A stretch of 64,000 nt of DNA from an uncultured Candidatus Saccharibacteria bacterium (GTDB taxonomy: Bacteria; Patescibacteriota; Saccharimonadia; Saccharimonadales; JBBQAJ01): the NCBI GenBank assembly GCA_964597925.1, contig CAZQZT010000001.1, positions 13,629 to 77,628 of the forward strand, written 5' to 3'. A program made the position numbers and the translations under genes. This document shows positions 1 to 6,766 of the stretch, in pieces (position 1 is the first letter of the stretch; every line of letters begins with the position of its first letter). The notes under the pieces were generated by a model that had not been told where the DNA came from, searched no databases, and saw only the letters and a program-made list of their open reading frames with translations.

Positions 1-362
1 TCTGCCACTCGTTTGCCTACTCCGCTGGCAGCTTGTATGAACTTGGTATCACCTGCTGCGATTGCCGTACGCACAGCATCTGCACTGCCCACACCAAGTA
101 TATTGAGTGCCATCTTAGGACCAACGCCGTTTACTTCTAGTAACTGCTCGAACAACCGTTTGCTATCTAAACTACAAAAGCCATACAGGTCGTGGCTGTT
201 TTCTCTAATATGTTCGTGCATATACATTTTTGTTTTTTCACCAACCACAAGTCCACCAAAATCATCATTAGTCACTAAAAGCCCGTAACCAACTCCGTTC
301 ACGTCTAAAACTAAAACTTCAGACAGTTTTTCGGCAACTGTGCCAGTTAGTGTTGCAATCAT
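1..362 (-). CDS. ruvA: Holliday junction branch migration protein RuvA (partial, runs off window start)
   Basis: Own minus-strand translation from ATG at 362: MIATLTGTVAEKLSEVLVLDVNGVGYGLLV...LEVNGVGPKMALNILG (OB fold then HhH motifs). It lies 8 nt downstream of the ruvC stop on the same strand. Plus-strand ORF 13..288 is antisense to it. Confidence 0.85.
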   Translation of the reverse strand, partial: MIATLTGTVAEKLSEVLVLDVNGVGYGLLVTNDDFGGLVVGEKTKMYMHEHIRENSHDLYGFCSLDSKRLFEQLLEVNGVGPKMALNILGVGSADAVRTAIAAGDTKFIQAASGVGKRVA

Positions 363-369
363 TAATCAA

Positions 370-852
370 TTATCTCACACTTTGTGCGCAACAGAGGGCA
401 GCCGCTAGCGCATCGGCACAATCGTCCGGCTTGGGTGCTTCTACAAGTCCTAATATGACTCGCACCATTTCTTGCATTTGCTTTTTGTCTGCCCGCCCAT
501 AACCCGTGATGGCTTGTTTAATTTGCAGTGGTGTATATTCATGCAACTCCAGTCCGTTTTGTTGCCCGACTAATAAAACTACACCCCTAGCCTGCGCCAC
601 AGTCATAGCTGTGGTGACGTTTTGAGCAAAAAAGAGCTTTTCTACGGACATAATCTGTGGCTTGGTACTTGTGACGATATCTATCAATTCTTCGTAAATG
701 GTAAGTAAACGCACTGCATCATCTTCCTTTACTGGCGTACGAATAACCCCTGCATCTACTAAATGAGCTTTATTTTTGGCATCTATCTCAATAACCCCAA
801 ACCCCAAAATCCCCGTCCCAGGATCAATGCCGAGTATCCGATTAGCTGACAA
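370..852 (-). CDS. ruvC: Crossover junction endodeoxyribonuclease RuvC
   Basis: 160 aa. N-terminus ILGIDPGTGILGFGVIE and overall RuvC-like sequence. Overlaps the yebC stop, consistent with an operon. Confidence 0.9.
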   Translation of the reverse strand: MSANRILGIDPGTGILGFGVIEIDAKNKAHLVDAGVIRTPVKEDDAVRLLTIYEELIDIVTSTKPQIMSVEKLFFAQNVTTAMTVAQARGVVLLVGQQNGLELHEYTPLQIKQAITGYGRADKKQMQEMVRVILGLVEAPKPDDCADALAAALCCAQSVR

Positions 853-1570
853 GAAGCTCCTCCGGAATGTCGAAGTTTACATGGGTGGCTGTTACGTCGT
901 CTTGGTCGTCTAGGGCATCCATGAGTCGCATGATTTTTCCTGCTGTTACGGCATCGTTAATTTCTACTGTGTTGTTTGGTACATATGTTAGTTCTGCTTC
1001 TACAATTTCAACATTTGCTGCCTGAAGTGCATCTCGAACTTTTGCTAGTTGTTTTGATTCGGTGTATATGACCGATTCTACGCCTTCTTCTTGCACATCT
1101 TCTGCGCCAGCATCGAGGGCAGTCAGTAACAAGTCATCTCCACCGCCCATAACGCGAATCATGCCTTTGTGGTCAAACTGGAAGGCCACGGCTCCCTTTT
1201 CTGCAATGTTGCCACCGTGTTTGCTAAACGCCAGTCGAACTTCTGGATATGTGCGATTTATGTTGTCCGTGGCGCACTCTACCAAAATAGCTACACCACC
1301 AGGCCCATAGCCTTCGTATATAACTTCCTGTAACTGAGCGGCACTTTTATCACTTACTCTGTCTATAGCTCGCTGTATGTTGGCTAGCGGCATATTAGCA
1401 GCTTTGGCTTTATCTATAGCCAGCCTAAGCGAAAAGTTTGTATCAGCATCGGTTCCGCCGCGAGCGGCCAGAGCTATTGCATTTCCTAGCTTAGTAAACG
1501 CTGCTCCACGAGCCGCATCTTTGGCTCCCTTCTGTCGTTTTATTGTTGACCATTTGCTATGTCCGCTCAA
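842..1570 (-). CDS. yebC: YebC/PmpR family DNA-binding transcriptional regulator
   Basis: SGHSKWSTIKRQKGAKDAARG signature and full-length YebC-like sequence. The ORF-track start at 1657 adds a non-homologous extension. TTG at 1570 directly precedes SGHSKW and gives ~243 aa. Confidence 0.85.
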   Translation of the reverse strand: MSGHSKWSTIKRQKGAKDAARGAAFTKLGNAIALAARGGTDADTNFSLRLAIDKAKAANMPLANIQRAIDRVSDKSAAQLQEVIYEGYGPGGVAILVECATDNINRTYPEVRLAFSKHGGNIAEKGAVAFQFDHKGMIRVMGGGDDLLLTALDAGAEDVQEEGVESVIYTESKQLAKVRDALQAANVEIVEAELTYVPNNTVEINDAVTAGKIMRLMDALDDQDDVTATHVNFDIPEELLVS

Positions 1571-1659
1571 GTATTTTCTCCGCTTTTTTCTGTGGCTATT
1601 GTACCATGCTTCTTCTCTGTTGCACGCCACATTAATATCACAAAAACAAATACACATGC

Positions 1660-2350
1660 TTACTGAAAAAGCATAGCATTAAGTGAAAGTTGCCTCTCAA
1701 TTAACGCATTTGGTATGCGAGACATTAACTGTACCAAATCTAGCAAATAAATTAATAGTACTTTGGCTGGAAGGGTAAAAATACCACTTAACGTGGGCAA
1801 AAGCATACCTGCTAGACCGGCAAATAGTGAAAATAACATAGCTATTGGTATAAGTGGCACAGCTAATAAATTAGCCAGATACTGCAATAATGTGAGTCAA
1901 TCCGACAATTGAAAGTGTGGCCGTAACCATGTCTGTTGAAGTGCTCCTCTGCCCAATCAATAAACCGATCTCAAAAGAAGCTTGTGGCTCTGGCAGTGCC
2001 GTTTCCATACCAGCTGCAAAATTGCGCCTCATGCTGTCTACTGGCGAGCCACTGCTTTTCAAAACCTCCATGTCGGCAAAGCTCATTCTTAGTTGCCGGC
2101 TTACCCTGGTGCTATATACCTTGCCTTCTACTTGCACTAATACGCCTTTAAAAATTATTGGTTCGCCAAAACCAGATATCAACAATCTGCCTGGAAGTTC
2201 TCCATACTCTGGAACTCTAACGTTAAGCCTGCTTGTGTCAAAAGACAGTTCTTTTCGCTCATTATAAACAGCGTCACTATCTACCTGCACGTTCGCGACT
2301 ATATGCTGACTATACAATGCCTGGATGGGTTGGAATTGTTGAAAAAACAC
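1660..2350 (-). pseudogene. comEC: ComEC/Rec2 competence channel remnant (two fragments, truncated at both ends)
   Basis: ORF 1871..2350 ends ...LSIVGLTHIIAVSG-stop (the ComEC GLxHLxAxSG motif region, preceded by an OB-fold-like part). ORF 1660..1887 (ANLLAVPLIPIAMLF...) resembles a later ComEC TM segment in another frame. An in-frame stop lies 10 codons upstream of 2350. Total ~234 aa against several hundred expected. Confidence 0.6.
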
Positions 2351-2438
2351 CTGGCCACGCCACCAACCCCTGGATAATTATTGTAGTATGTCGAAACCTG
2401 AGACTCCGCTGAAACACCTTGAAACTAGTGTAGTATAG

Positions 2439-2467
2439 ATTGACTTTTTAGGGAAAATACGGATAAT
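2439..2467 (+). promoter_or_regulatory. Sigma-70-like promoter for leader RNA plus tRNA-Lys
   Basis: TTGACT (2439-2444), 17-nt spacer, GATAAT (2462-2467). Confidence 0.5.
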
Positions 2468-2500
2468 GTAAGGAGTTAATTTCCCAATTGCCTATAGGGA

Positions 2501-2581
2501 AAAAAGCAGCTCGGCTTGGTTTGCTACGGCAAACTCGGCTTCGCCGACCGAGCAATGAGAAAAACCTTGGTTTGTCTCATT
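2501..2581 (+). ncRNA. Structured leader element, copy 1 (family of 5), ends 2 nt before tRNA-Lys
   Basis: AAAAAGCA, then P1 GCTCGG/CCGAGC enclosing hairpins GTTTGC-tacg-GCAAAC and TCGGC-ttc-GCCGA. A conserved terminal hairpin follows: AATGAGAAAAACC-tt-GGTTTGTCTCATT. Paralogs at 29287, 47118, 29667(-) and 29883(-). Confidence 0.55.
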
Positions 2582-2583
2582 AA

Positions 2584-2659
2584 GGGCCCATAGCTCAGTT
2601 GGTAGAGCAGCGGCCTTTTAAGCCGCGTGTCGCGAGTTCGAGCCTCGCTGGGCCCTCCA
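2584..2659 (+). tRNA. tRNA-Lys (anticodon UUU), CCA encoded
   Basis: Hand-folded cloverleaf: GGGCCCA / GCTC-AGTTGGTA-GAGC / GCGGC-CTTTTAA-GCCGC / GTGTC / GCGAG-TTCGAGC-CTCGC / TGGGCCC-T-CCA. Confidence 0.9.
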
Positions 2660-2673
2660 TACAGCTTATGCTT

Positions 2674-2705
2674 AAAACAGAGGTAATATGCCTCTGTTTT
2701 TATTT
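2674..2705. terminator. Bidirectional hairpin terminator (tRNA-Lys and convergent EamA gene)
   Basis: AAAACAGAGG-taatatg-CCTCTGTTTT followed by TATTT. Overlaps the stop codon of 2700..3569(-). Confidence 0.7.
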
Positions 2706-3569
2706 AGCTACGTTTAGAATGATTAATCCGACTGTACCGAGTACAGCGGCACCAATCTTAAACCAAAGCCACTCTTTTTCTTTTAAAACAAAGTAAGCAG
2801 ATAATACTACCAATACTGCCATAAAACTTGCAGATGCACCTACTAATGAAGCATTACCGCTCAATTTGAGTGCTCCTACAAAACACAAGCCTTTAAAAGC
2901 ATTAGTGATACCGTAACCCAGAATTGGCCAAAAGGTGGACTTGTCTTTCAGGATTTTAATATTGCGTCTTTCTGGCCAAGCAGCAATAGTCATCCACAGT
3001 GTCTGAGCACCCCATCCAAAAACAAGATAGGCCCCAAAATCTATACGAGTAAGCATCCAACGTTCAAACACAATTGCTAAACCCAATAAAGAAACGCTTA
3101 CCAAAGCAAAAGCTAGACCGCTAGAACTACTTGTTGAACGATGTCTTAGTCTTGGTAATGTTGCAAGGAAAGTTGAAGTTATGATAATTACTGCCCCTAG
3201 TTGCTGCTGGCTGTTTAATGTTTCATTCAATAGTATTGATGCAGCAACAATCGTGATAATTGGGGTTAAATTATTCAGTATTGTATAAAGTCCTGCGTCA
3301 ACATCCTTACTAGCTCGAAAAGCTAGTAAGTTTATCAGAGGAAAGACGCCACTTCCAATAAGCAGGATTAGCAGATTTTGCCATCCTATTGATAGATTGG
3401 GATTACTGAAAGATGCAACTATGAGACCAAGCGGATAGAGCACAACAATGAAAAAGAAGCCATTTATCAACCTATTGTGTTGCTTTAGGGTCGTAGCCAG
3501 TTTTCGTCGCAATAGATAGGCTGCAGTGCCCAGAATAAGGTATCCAGTTATTAATAATTGCCAAGTCAT
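2700..3569 (-). CDS. EamA/DMT-superfamily transporter (10 TM)
   Basis: 289 aa, strongly hydrophobic with a two-fold repeat typical of EamA domains. TGATATAGT sits 7 nt upstream of the ATG with no SD. Confidence 0.7.
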   Translation of the reverse strand: MTWQLLITGYLILGTAAYLLRRKLATTLKQHNRLINGFFFIVVLYPLGLIVASFSNPNLSIGWQNLLILLIGSGVFPLINLLAFRASKDVDAGLYTILNNLTPIITIVAASILLNETLNSQQQLGAVIIITSTFLATLPRLRHRSTSSSSGLAFALVSVSLLGLAIVFERWMLTRIDFGAYLVFGWGAQTLWMTIAAWPERRNIKILKDKSTFWPILGYGITNAFKGLCFVGALKLSGNASLVGASASFMAVLVVLSAYFVLKEKEWLWFKIGAAVLGTVGLIILNVAK

Positions 3570-3614
3570 TCATTAAACTATATCAGTAATTGTGAGTGAT
3601 GATGTTTGCTTTAT

Positions 3615-3658
3615 TTTAGTTGCAACAGCAATACATACGTCCCTCCAATAAGCTTATG
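3615..3658 (+). repeat. Cassette junction repeat a (tRNA-Lys 3'-end-like)
   Basis: TTTAGTTGCAACAGCAATACATACGTCCCTCCAATAAGCTTATG. It shares CCCTCCA plus AGCTTATG with the tRNA-Lys end and flank. Confidence 0.85.
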
Positions 3659-3666
3659 TCTAAAAT

Positions 3667-3689
3667 ACTCCACACCTGGAGTCTTTTTG
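3667..3689 (+). terminator. Hairpin plus T-run inside junction a
   Basis: ACTCCA-cacc-TGGAGT then CTTTTTG. Confidence 0.5.
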
Positions 3690-3746
3690 TTGTTATTAGT
3701 TGTATATGCCCTAAAGCGAGCATCGTGTGAGAAAATAAAACAGTTA

Positions 3747-3787
3747 GTTCCTAGTACCTGGTGTACTAGGAACTTTTGTGCTATACT
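3747..3787 (+). promoter_or_regulatory. Perfect 11-bp inverted repeat (operator or terminator-like) abutting an extended -10 box
   Basis: GTTCCTAGTAC-ctggt-GTACTAGGAAC (3747-3773), TTTTG, then TGCTATACT (3779-3787). ATG at 3794 is 6 nt after the -10 box. Confidence 0.5.
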
Positions 3788-3793
3788 GGTCAT

Positions 3794-4780
3794 ATGAATA
3801 CATCGCAGAAAATTGTTCAATACATACAAGAACATGGCCAGGTAGCAGGGTCTGAGCTAGTAGATTATCTGACTATAACAGATCGTGCAGTGCGTAAACA
3901 ATTAAAGACTCTACTGGATAACGGTACAGTTGTTAAGGCAGGAAAACCGCCAAGGGTTTACTATTCTATCAACCGGGAAACAAGTACAGCCAATAAAGGT
4001 ATGGACAGGACTAAGTCCATAGACAAAATTACTCAACAGACCATTAAAGATAAATTCTTGTATATAACTCCAAGAGGATTGATGCTTGAGGGATTGGATG
4101 GATTCAACATTTGGTGTCAGGAAAGACAAATTGACCCTGTGAAGACTGCGTCCACTTACCAAAAAACTATGAATAAATATCTGAAATACAGAGAGCAAGA
4201 CCTTATTGATGGCATGTATAAGATGAAGTCAAGTTTCGAGGCAATAGCTCTAGATGAGGTTTTTTATATTGATTTCTATGCTATCGAGATTTTTGGCAAA
4301 ACAAAACTTGGACAGCTCCTATTGGTTGCCAAACAGAGCCAGAATAGGAAACTAATCAACGAGATAGCCGATATAATCGAACCCTCTGTACTAAAGATAA
4401 TTAGAGAATATAGCATTGACGGTGTGGGCTTTATACCACCCACAGTTAAAAGAGAGCTGCAACTTATACGGCAAGTTCAAAAAAGACTAAACTTGGATAC
4501 CAGAAAACTTGTTATCAATAAAGTTAAAACTCCAGTAGCTGTGCCACAAAAGACCCTAAATAAGATTGAGGATAGAATTACGAATGCCATGGAGACAATT
4601 GTAGTAGAGGGTAATGAAAGCTACGGCAATATTCTGCTTATAGATGATGCGGTTGGATCTGGCTCTACTCTTAACGAAACAGCTAAGAAGATCCGACAGA
4701 AGGGGCTCTGCAAGGGCAAAATTATTGGACTTGCAATTACAGGTAGTTTTAAAGGTTTTGAAGTAATAAGTGAGGTATAG
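3794..4780 (+). CDS. Winged-HTH plus phosphoribosyltransferase-domain protein (ComF/PurR-like architecture)
   Basis: The N-terminus (MNTSQKIVQYIQEHGQVAGSELVDYLTITDRAVRKQLKTLLDNGTV) looks like a wHTH. The C-terminus has NILLIDDAVGSGSTLNETAKKIR, a PRTase PRPP-binding loop. ORF track starts at 3776; ATG 3794 is preferred because of the -10 box spacing. Confidence 0.55.
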   Translation: MNTSQKIVQYIQEHGQVAGSELVDYLTITDRAVRKQLKTLLDNGTVVKAGKPPRVYYSINRETSTANKGMDRTKSIDKITQQTIKDKFLYITPRGLMLEGLDGFNIWCQERQIDPVKTASTYQKTMNKYLKYREQDLIDGMYKMKSSFEAIALDEVFYIDFYAIEIFGKTKLGQLLLVAKQSQNRKLINEIADIIEPSVLKIIREYSIDGVGFIPPTVKRELQLIRQVQKRLNLDTRKLVINKVKTPVAVPQKTLNKIEDRITNAMETIVVEGNESYGNILLIDDAVGSGSTLNETAKKIRQKGLCKGKIIGLAITGSFKGFEVISEV

Positions 4781-4844
4781 CAGCCGATCATTTGTATAAT
4801 CTAGATGCCAATCCTATCATACAGGGTTCTCTATTTCCTTTCAG

Positions 4845-4880
4845 TTTAGTTGCAATACCGATACATACGTCCCTCCAATC
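4845..4880 (+). repeat. Cassette junction repeat b
   Basis: TTTAGTTGCAATACCGATACATACGTCCCTCCAATC. Confidence 0.85.
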
Positions 4881-4907
4881 TAGACTCTAGTAGGAATACT
4901 GCAAATA

Positions 4908-4930
4908 AACTCCCTTTCGGGAGTTTTTTG
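4908..4930 (+). terminator. Rho-independent terminator inside junction b
   Basis: AACTCCC-tttc-GGGAGTT then TTTTTG. Directly followed by TGTTATGAT (-10 box) and ATG at 4944. Confidence 0.65.
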
Positions 4931-4943
4931 TTATGATGAAGCT

Positions 4944-5498
4944 ATGAAACCGAAGCTTATTATTCTCAACGGTCCACTAGGTATCGGTAAATCAACTCTC
5001 GCCAAGAAATATGGCGAGAAGCACCCACTGACGCTACAGCTAGACATAGATGACGTATGGAGCATGATTAGCCATTGGCGTGATGAAAAAGAAACTTCCG
5101 CTCCAATTTCAAAAAAAATGGCTTTAGAAATGGCTCGGATAAACTTAGCTGCTGGCAATGACGTTATAATTCCCCAGATTATACAGACAGAAGAACTGGC
5201 AGATAGCTTTAAAGCTCTATCCAAAGAGTGCGGCGCTGATTACATAGAAGTTTTACTTTTCGTTGAAAAAGAAGAAGCTATTCGCCGTTTTATCAAGCGA
5301 GGACAAGAAGACGGTAACCCTACAGGTTTTAGACCAGGTGGCATTATTGATACGGGTGGCAGAGAAATAAAGTTGGCAGAGATGTACGACAATATGATTG
5401 AATTATCTGAGCGTAAAAATGACGTAATCAGAATTGAGCCTGTTCTGGGAGACATTGACGGAACTTACTCAGCCCTACTAGAAAAAATAAACAGTTGA
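4944..5498 (+). CDS. P-loop NTPase/kinase (AAA_33-like small-molecule kinase fold)
   Basis: Walker A LNGPLGIGKST at the N-terminus, 184 aa. Size and layout resemble zeta-toxin or chloramphenicol-phosphotransferase-like kinases. Substrate unknown. Confidence 0.55.
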   Translation: MKPKLIILNGPLGIGKSTLAKKYGEKHPLTLQLDIDDVWSMISHWRDEKETSAPISKKMALEMARINLAAGNDVIIPQIIQTEELADSFKALSKECGADYIEVLLFVEKEEAIRRFIKRGQEDGNPTGFRPGGIIDTGGREIKLAEMYDNMIELSERKNDVIRIEPVLGDIDGTYSALLEKINS

Positions 5499-5506
5499 GT
5501 AGCTAA

Positions 5507-5562
5507 TTTAGTTGCAACAGCGATACATACGTCCCTCCATACCGCTTATGCTTAAAACAGAG
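5507..5562 (+). repeat. Cassette junction repeat c (closest to the tRNA-Lys flank)
   Basis: TTTAGTTGCAACAGCGATACATACGT then CCCTCCATACCGCTTATGCTTAAAACAGAG. The second part matches 2653-2682 at 29 of 30 positions. Confidence 0.9.
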
Positions 5563-5597
5563 ATATTTTTTTCCTTTGTTTTTGTTAATATATGTTC

Positions 5598-5960
5598 ATG
5601 AATAAATTAATAAGATATTTATTCCCTATGTTACTTGGTACAGGCATTTTGTTCTATTTGATTATTGTCCACGGACTAAGCTTAAATAATCCATACTACG
5701 TTTACGATGACAGACTGGTTAATACATCTTTCTGGTTAATGATTATCGGTGTTCTGGGAAGTTTGATTATTACAGTTAAAAGGTTTGGTGTTCACAGGTT
5801 GAAAGTACTTCTAGTTATCTGGGCTGTTGCTTTTCTGTCTTTATTTTTACTCTATACAGGTGACGATTTGTCATCCTTAGGCTGGGCAATCTTGGCTTAT
5901 CCAACAGTAATCCTAGGTAGTATATTGGTCATTGTATACTCGTTTCGAAACGCAAAATAG
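5598..5960 (+). CDS. Small integral membrane protein (4 predicted TM), unknown function
   Basis: Hydrophobic 120-122 aa ORF. TGTTAATAT (5583-5591) lies 6 nt before ATG 5598; the ORF-track start 5592 is the alternative. The stop codon TAG lies inside repeat d. Confidence 0.5.
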   Translation: MNKLIRYLFPMLLGTGILFYLIIVHGLSLNNPYYVYDDRLVNTSFWLMIIGVLGSLIITVKRFGVHRLKVLLVIWAVAFLSLFLLYTGDDLSSLGWAILAYPTVILGSILVIVYSFRNAK

Positions 5961-5998
5961 TTGCAATAGTATCTACTACGGCCCTCCAATCCGGTTAT
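5958..5998 (+). repeat. Cassette junction repeat d (diverged)
   Basis: TAGTTGCAATAGTATCTACTACGGCCCTCCAATCCGGTTAT. It retains GGCCCTCCA, 9 nt of the tRNA-Lys acceptor end. Confidence 0.75.
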
Positions 5999-6050
5999 TT
6001 TTAAACTCTGCTCTTAGAACTTTCTGTTTATATAATCTCATACGTTCCTA

Positions 6051-6094
6051 TTGACATACATAGATACAATATGTACAATATTATGTACAAGGAG
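6051..6094 (+). promoter_or_regulatory. Promoter, operator and SD of the toxin-antitoxin operon
   Basis: TTGACA (6051-6056), 17 nt, TGTACAAT (extended -10, 6072-6079). ATGTACAA occurs twice (6071-6078, 6083-6090), each containing the palindrome TGTACA. SD AAGGAG at 6089-6094. Confidence 0.55.
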
Positions 6095-6102
6095 TAGTAC
6101 AA

Positions 6103-6357
6103 ATGAAAATAGCATCAATCTCAAAGTTTCGTAAAGATATAAAACGATACGTTGACGAAATCGACCAAGATCAAGAGCCGTTAGTTGTAACGCGTGGCGA
6201 CAATGTCTCTGTTGTGGTCATATCTCTTAATACCTTTAACTCTTACTCGGAAACAGAATATCTGTTACGGAGTCCGGCTAATGCTCGCCGCCTGCTAAAG
6301 TCAATGGAAAACGCCCGCTCTGGAAATGTTGAGGCTCACGAATTGATTGAGGGATAA
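6103..6357 (+). CDS. Phd/YefM family antitoxin
   Basis: 84 aa; FRKDIKRYVDEIDQDQEPLVVTRGDNVSVVVISLNTFNSYSETEYLL is typical of YefM. Overlaps the toxin gene. Confidence 0.85.
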   Translation: MKIASISKFRKDIKRYVDEIDQDQEPLVVTRGDNVSVVVISLNTFNSYSETEYLLRSPANARRLLKSMENARSGNVEAHELIEG

Positions 6358-6622
6358 CACTTTGAGTCGAAGGCTTACATTCACACCTCAAGCTTGGGAA
6401 GAATACCTTTATTGGCAAGGGCACGATAAACAGCTGTTGAAAAAGCTCAACCAACTCTTAAAAGATTGCCAGCGAGATCCACTATCAGGCATCGGCAAGC
6501 CAGAGCCCCTCAAGGGTGATCTATCGGGTGCATGGTCTCGACGAATCAATGACGAGCACCGCCTGGTCTATATTGTTGATGACAAAGAAATAAGAGTTTC
6601 ATCCTGCCGCTACCATTATTGA
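6347..6622 (+). CDS. Txe/YoeB family toxin (mRNA interferase)
   Basis: WEEYLYWQ...DPLSGIGKPEPLKGDLSGAWSRRINDEHRLVY...CRYHY, a YoeB signature. Start is uncertain (TTG 6347 or TTG 6362). Confidence 0.85.
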   Translation: MRDNTLSRRLTFTPQAWEEYLYWQGHDKQLLKKLNQLLKDCQRDPLSGIGKPEPLKGDLSGAWSRRINDEHRLVYIVDDKEIRVSSCRYHY

Positions 6623-6632
6623 AGTACGAATC

Positions 6633-6655
6633 TCAGTTGCAATAAACTTGTTACG
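6633..6655 (+). repeat. Partial junction repeat (left arm only)
   Basis: TCAGTTGCAATAAACTTGTTACG resembles the left arm TTAGTTGCAAYAGC...ACG but lacks CCCTCCA. Confidence 0.5.
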
Positions 6656-6679
6656 TGAAGGCTTTTTGTATTGGCAATT

Positions 6680-6723
6680 TTGGTTGCAACAGCGCTACAT
6701 ACGTCCCTCCAATAAGCTTACGA
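6680..6723 (+). repeat. Cassette junction repeat e
   Basis: TTGGTTGCAACAGCGCTACATACGTCCCTCCAATAAGCTTACG. Followed by an imperfect hairpin (6726-6752) and TGATATAAT (6752-6760). Confidence 0.85.
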
Positions 6724-6766
6724 TTAAACAGATATTATTTGTCTCTGTTTTTGATATAATTCAGTA

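Noticed and set aside
13-288. Plus-strand ORF of 91 aa at the window start.
   Set aside because: It is antisense to a clearly RuvA-encoding minus-strand frame, and its translation is low-complexity.
3615-3658. The junction repeats could be degenerate tRNA 3' halves or pseudo-tRNAs.
   Set aside because: Counting back from the CCA-like end, the segments that would form a T-arm (TTGCA / TACAT) do not pair. Only the CCCTCCA tail resembles the tRNA.
3615-6723. The regularly spaced ~45-nt repeats could be a CRISPR array or integron attC sites.
   Set aside because: The spacers are 0.45-1.2 kb and contain whole genes with promoters, so this is not a CRISPR array. The repeats lack the R''-L''/L'-R' imperfect inverted-repeat layout and the GTTRRRY/RYYYAAC cores of attC, and no intI is present. 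They instead share sequence with the tRNA-Lys 3' end.
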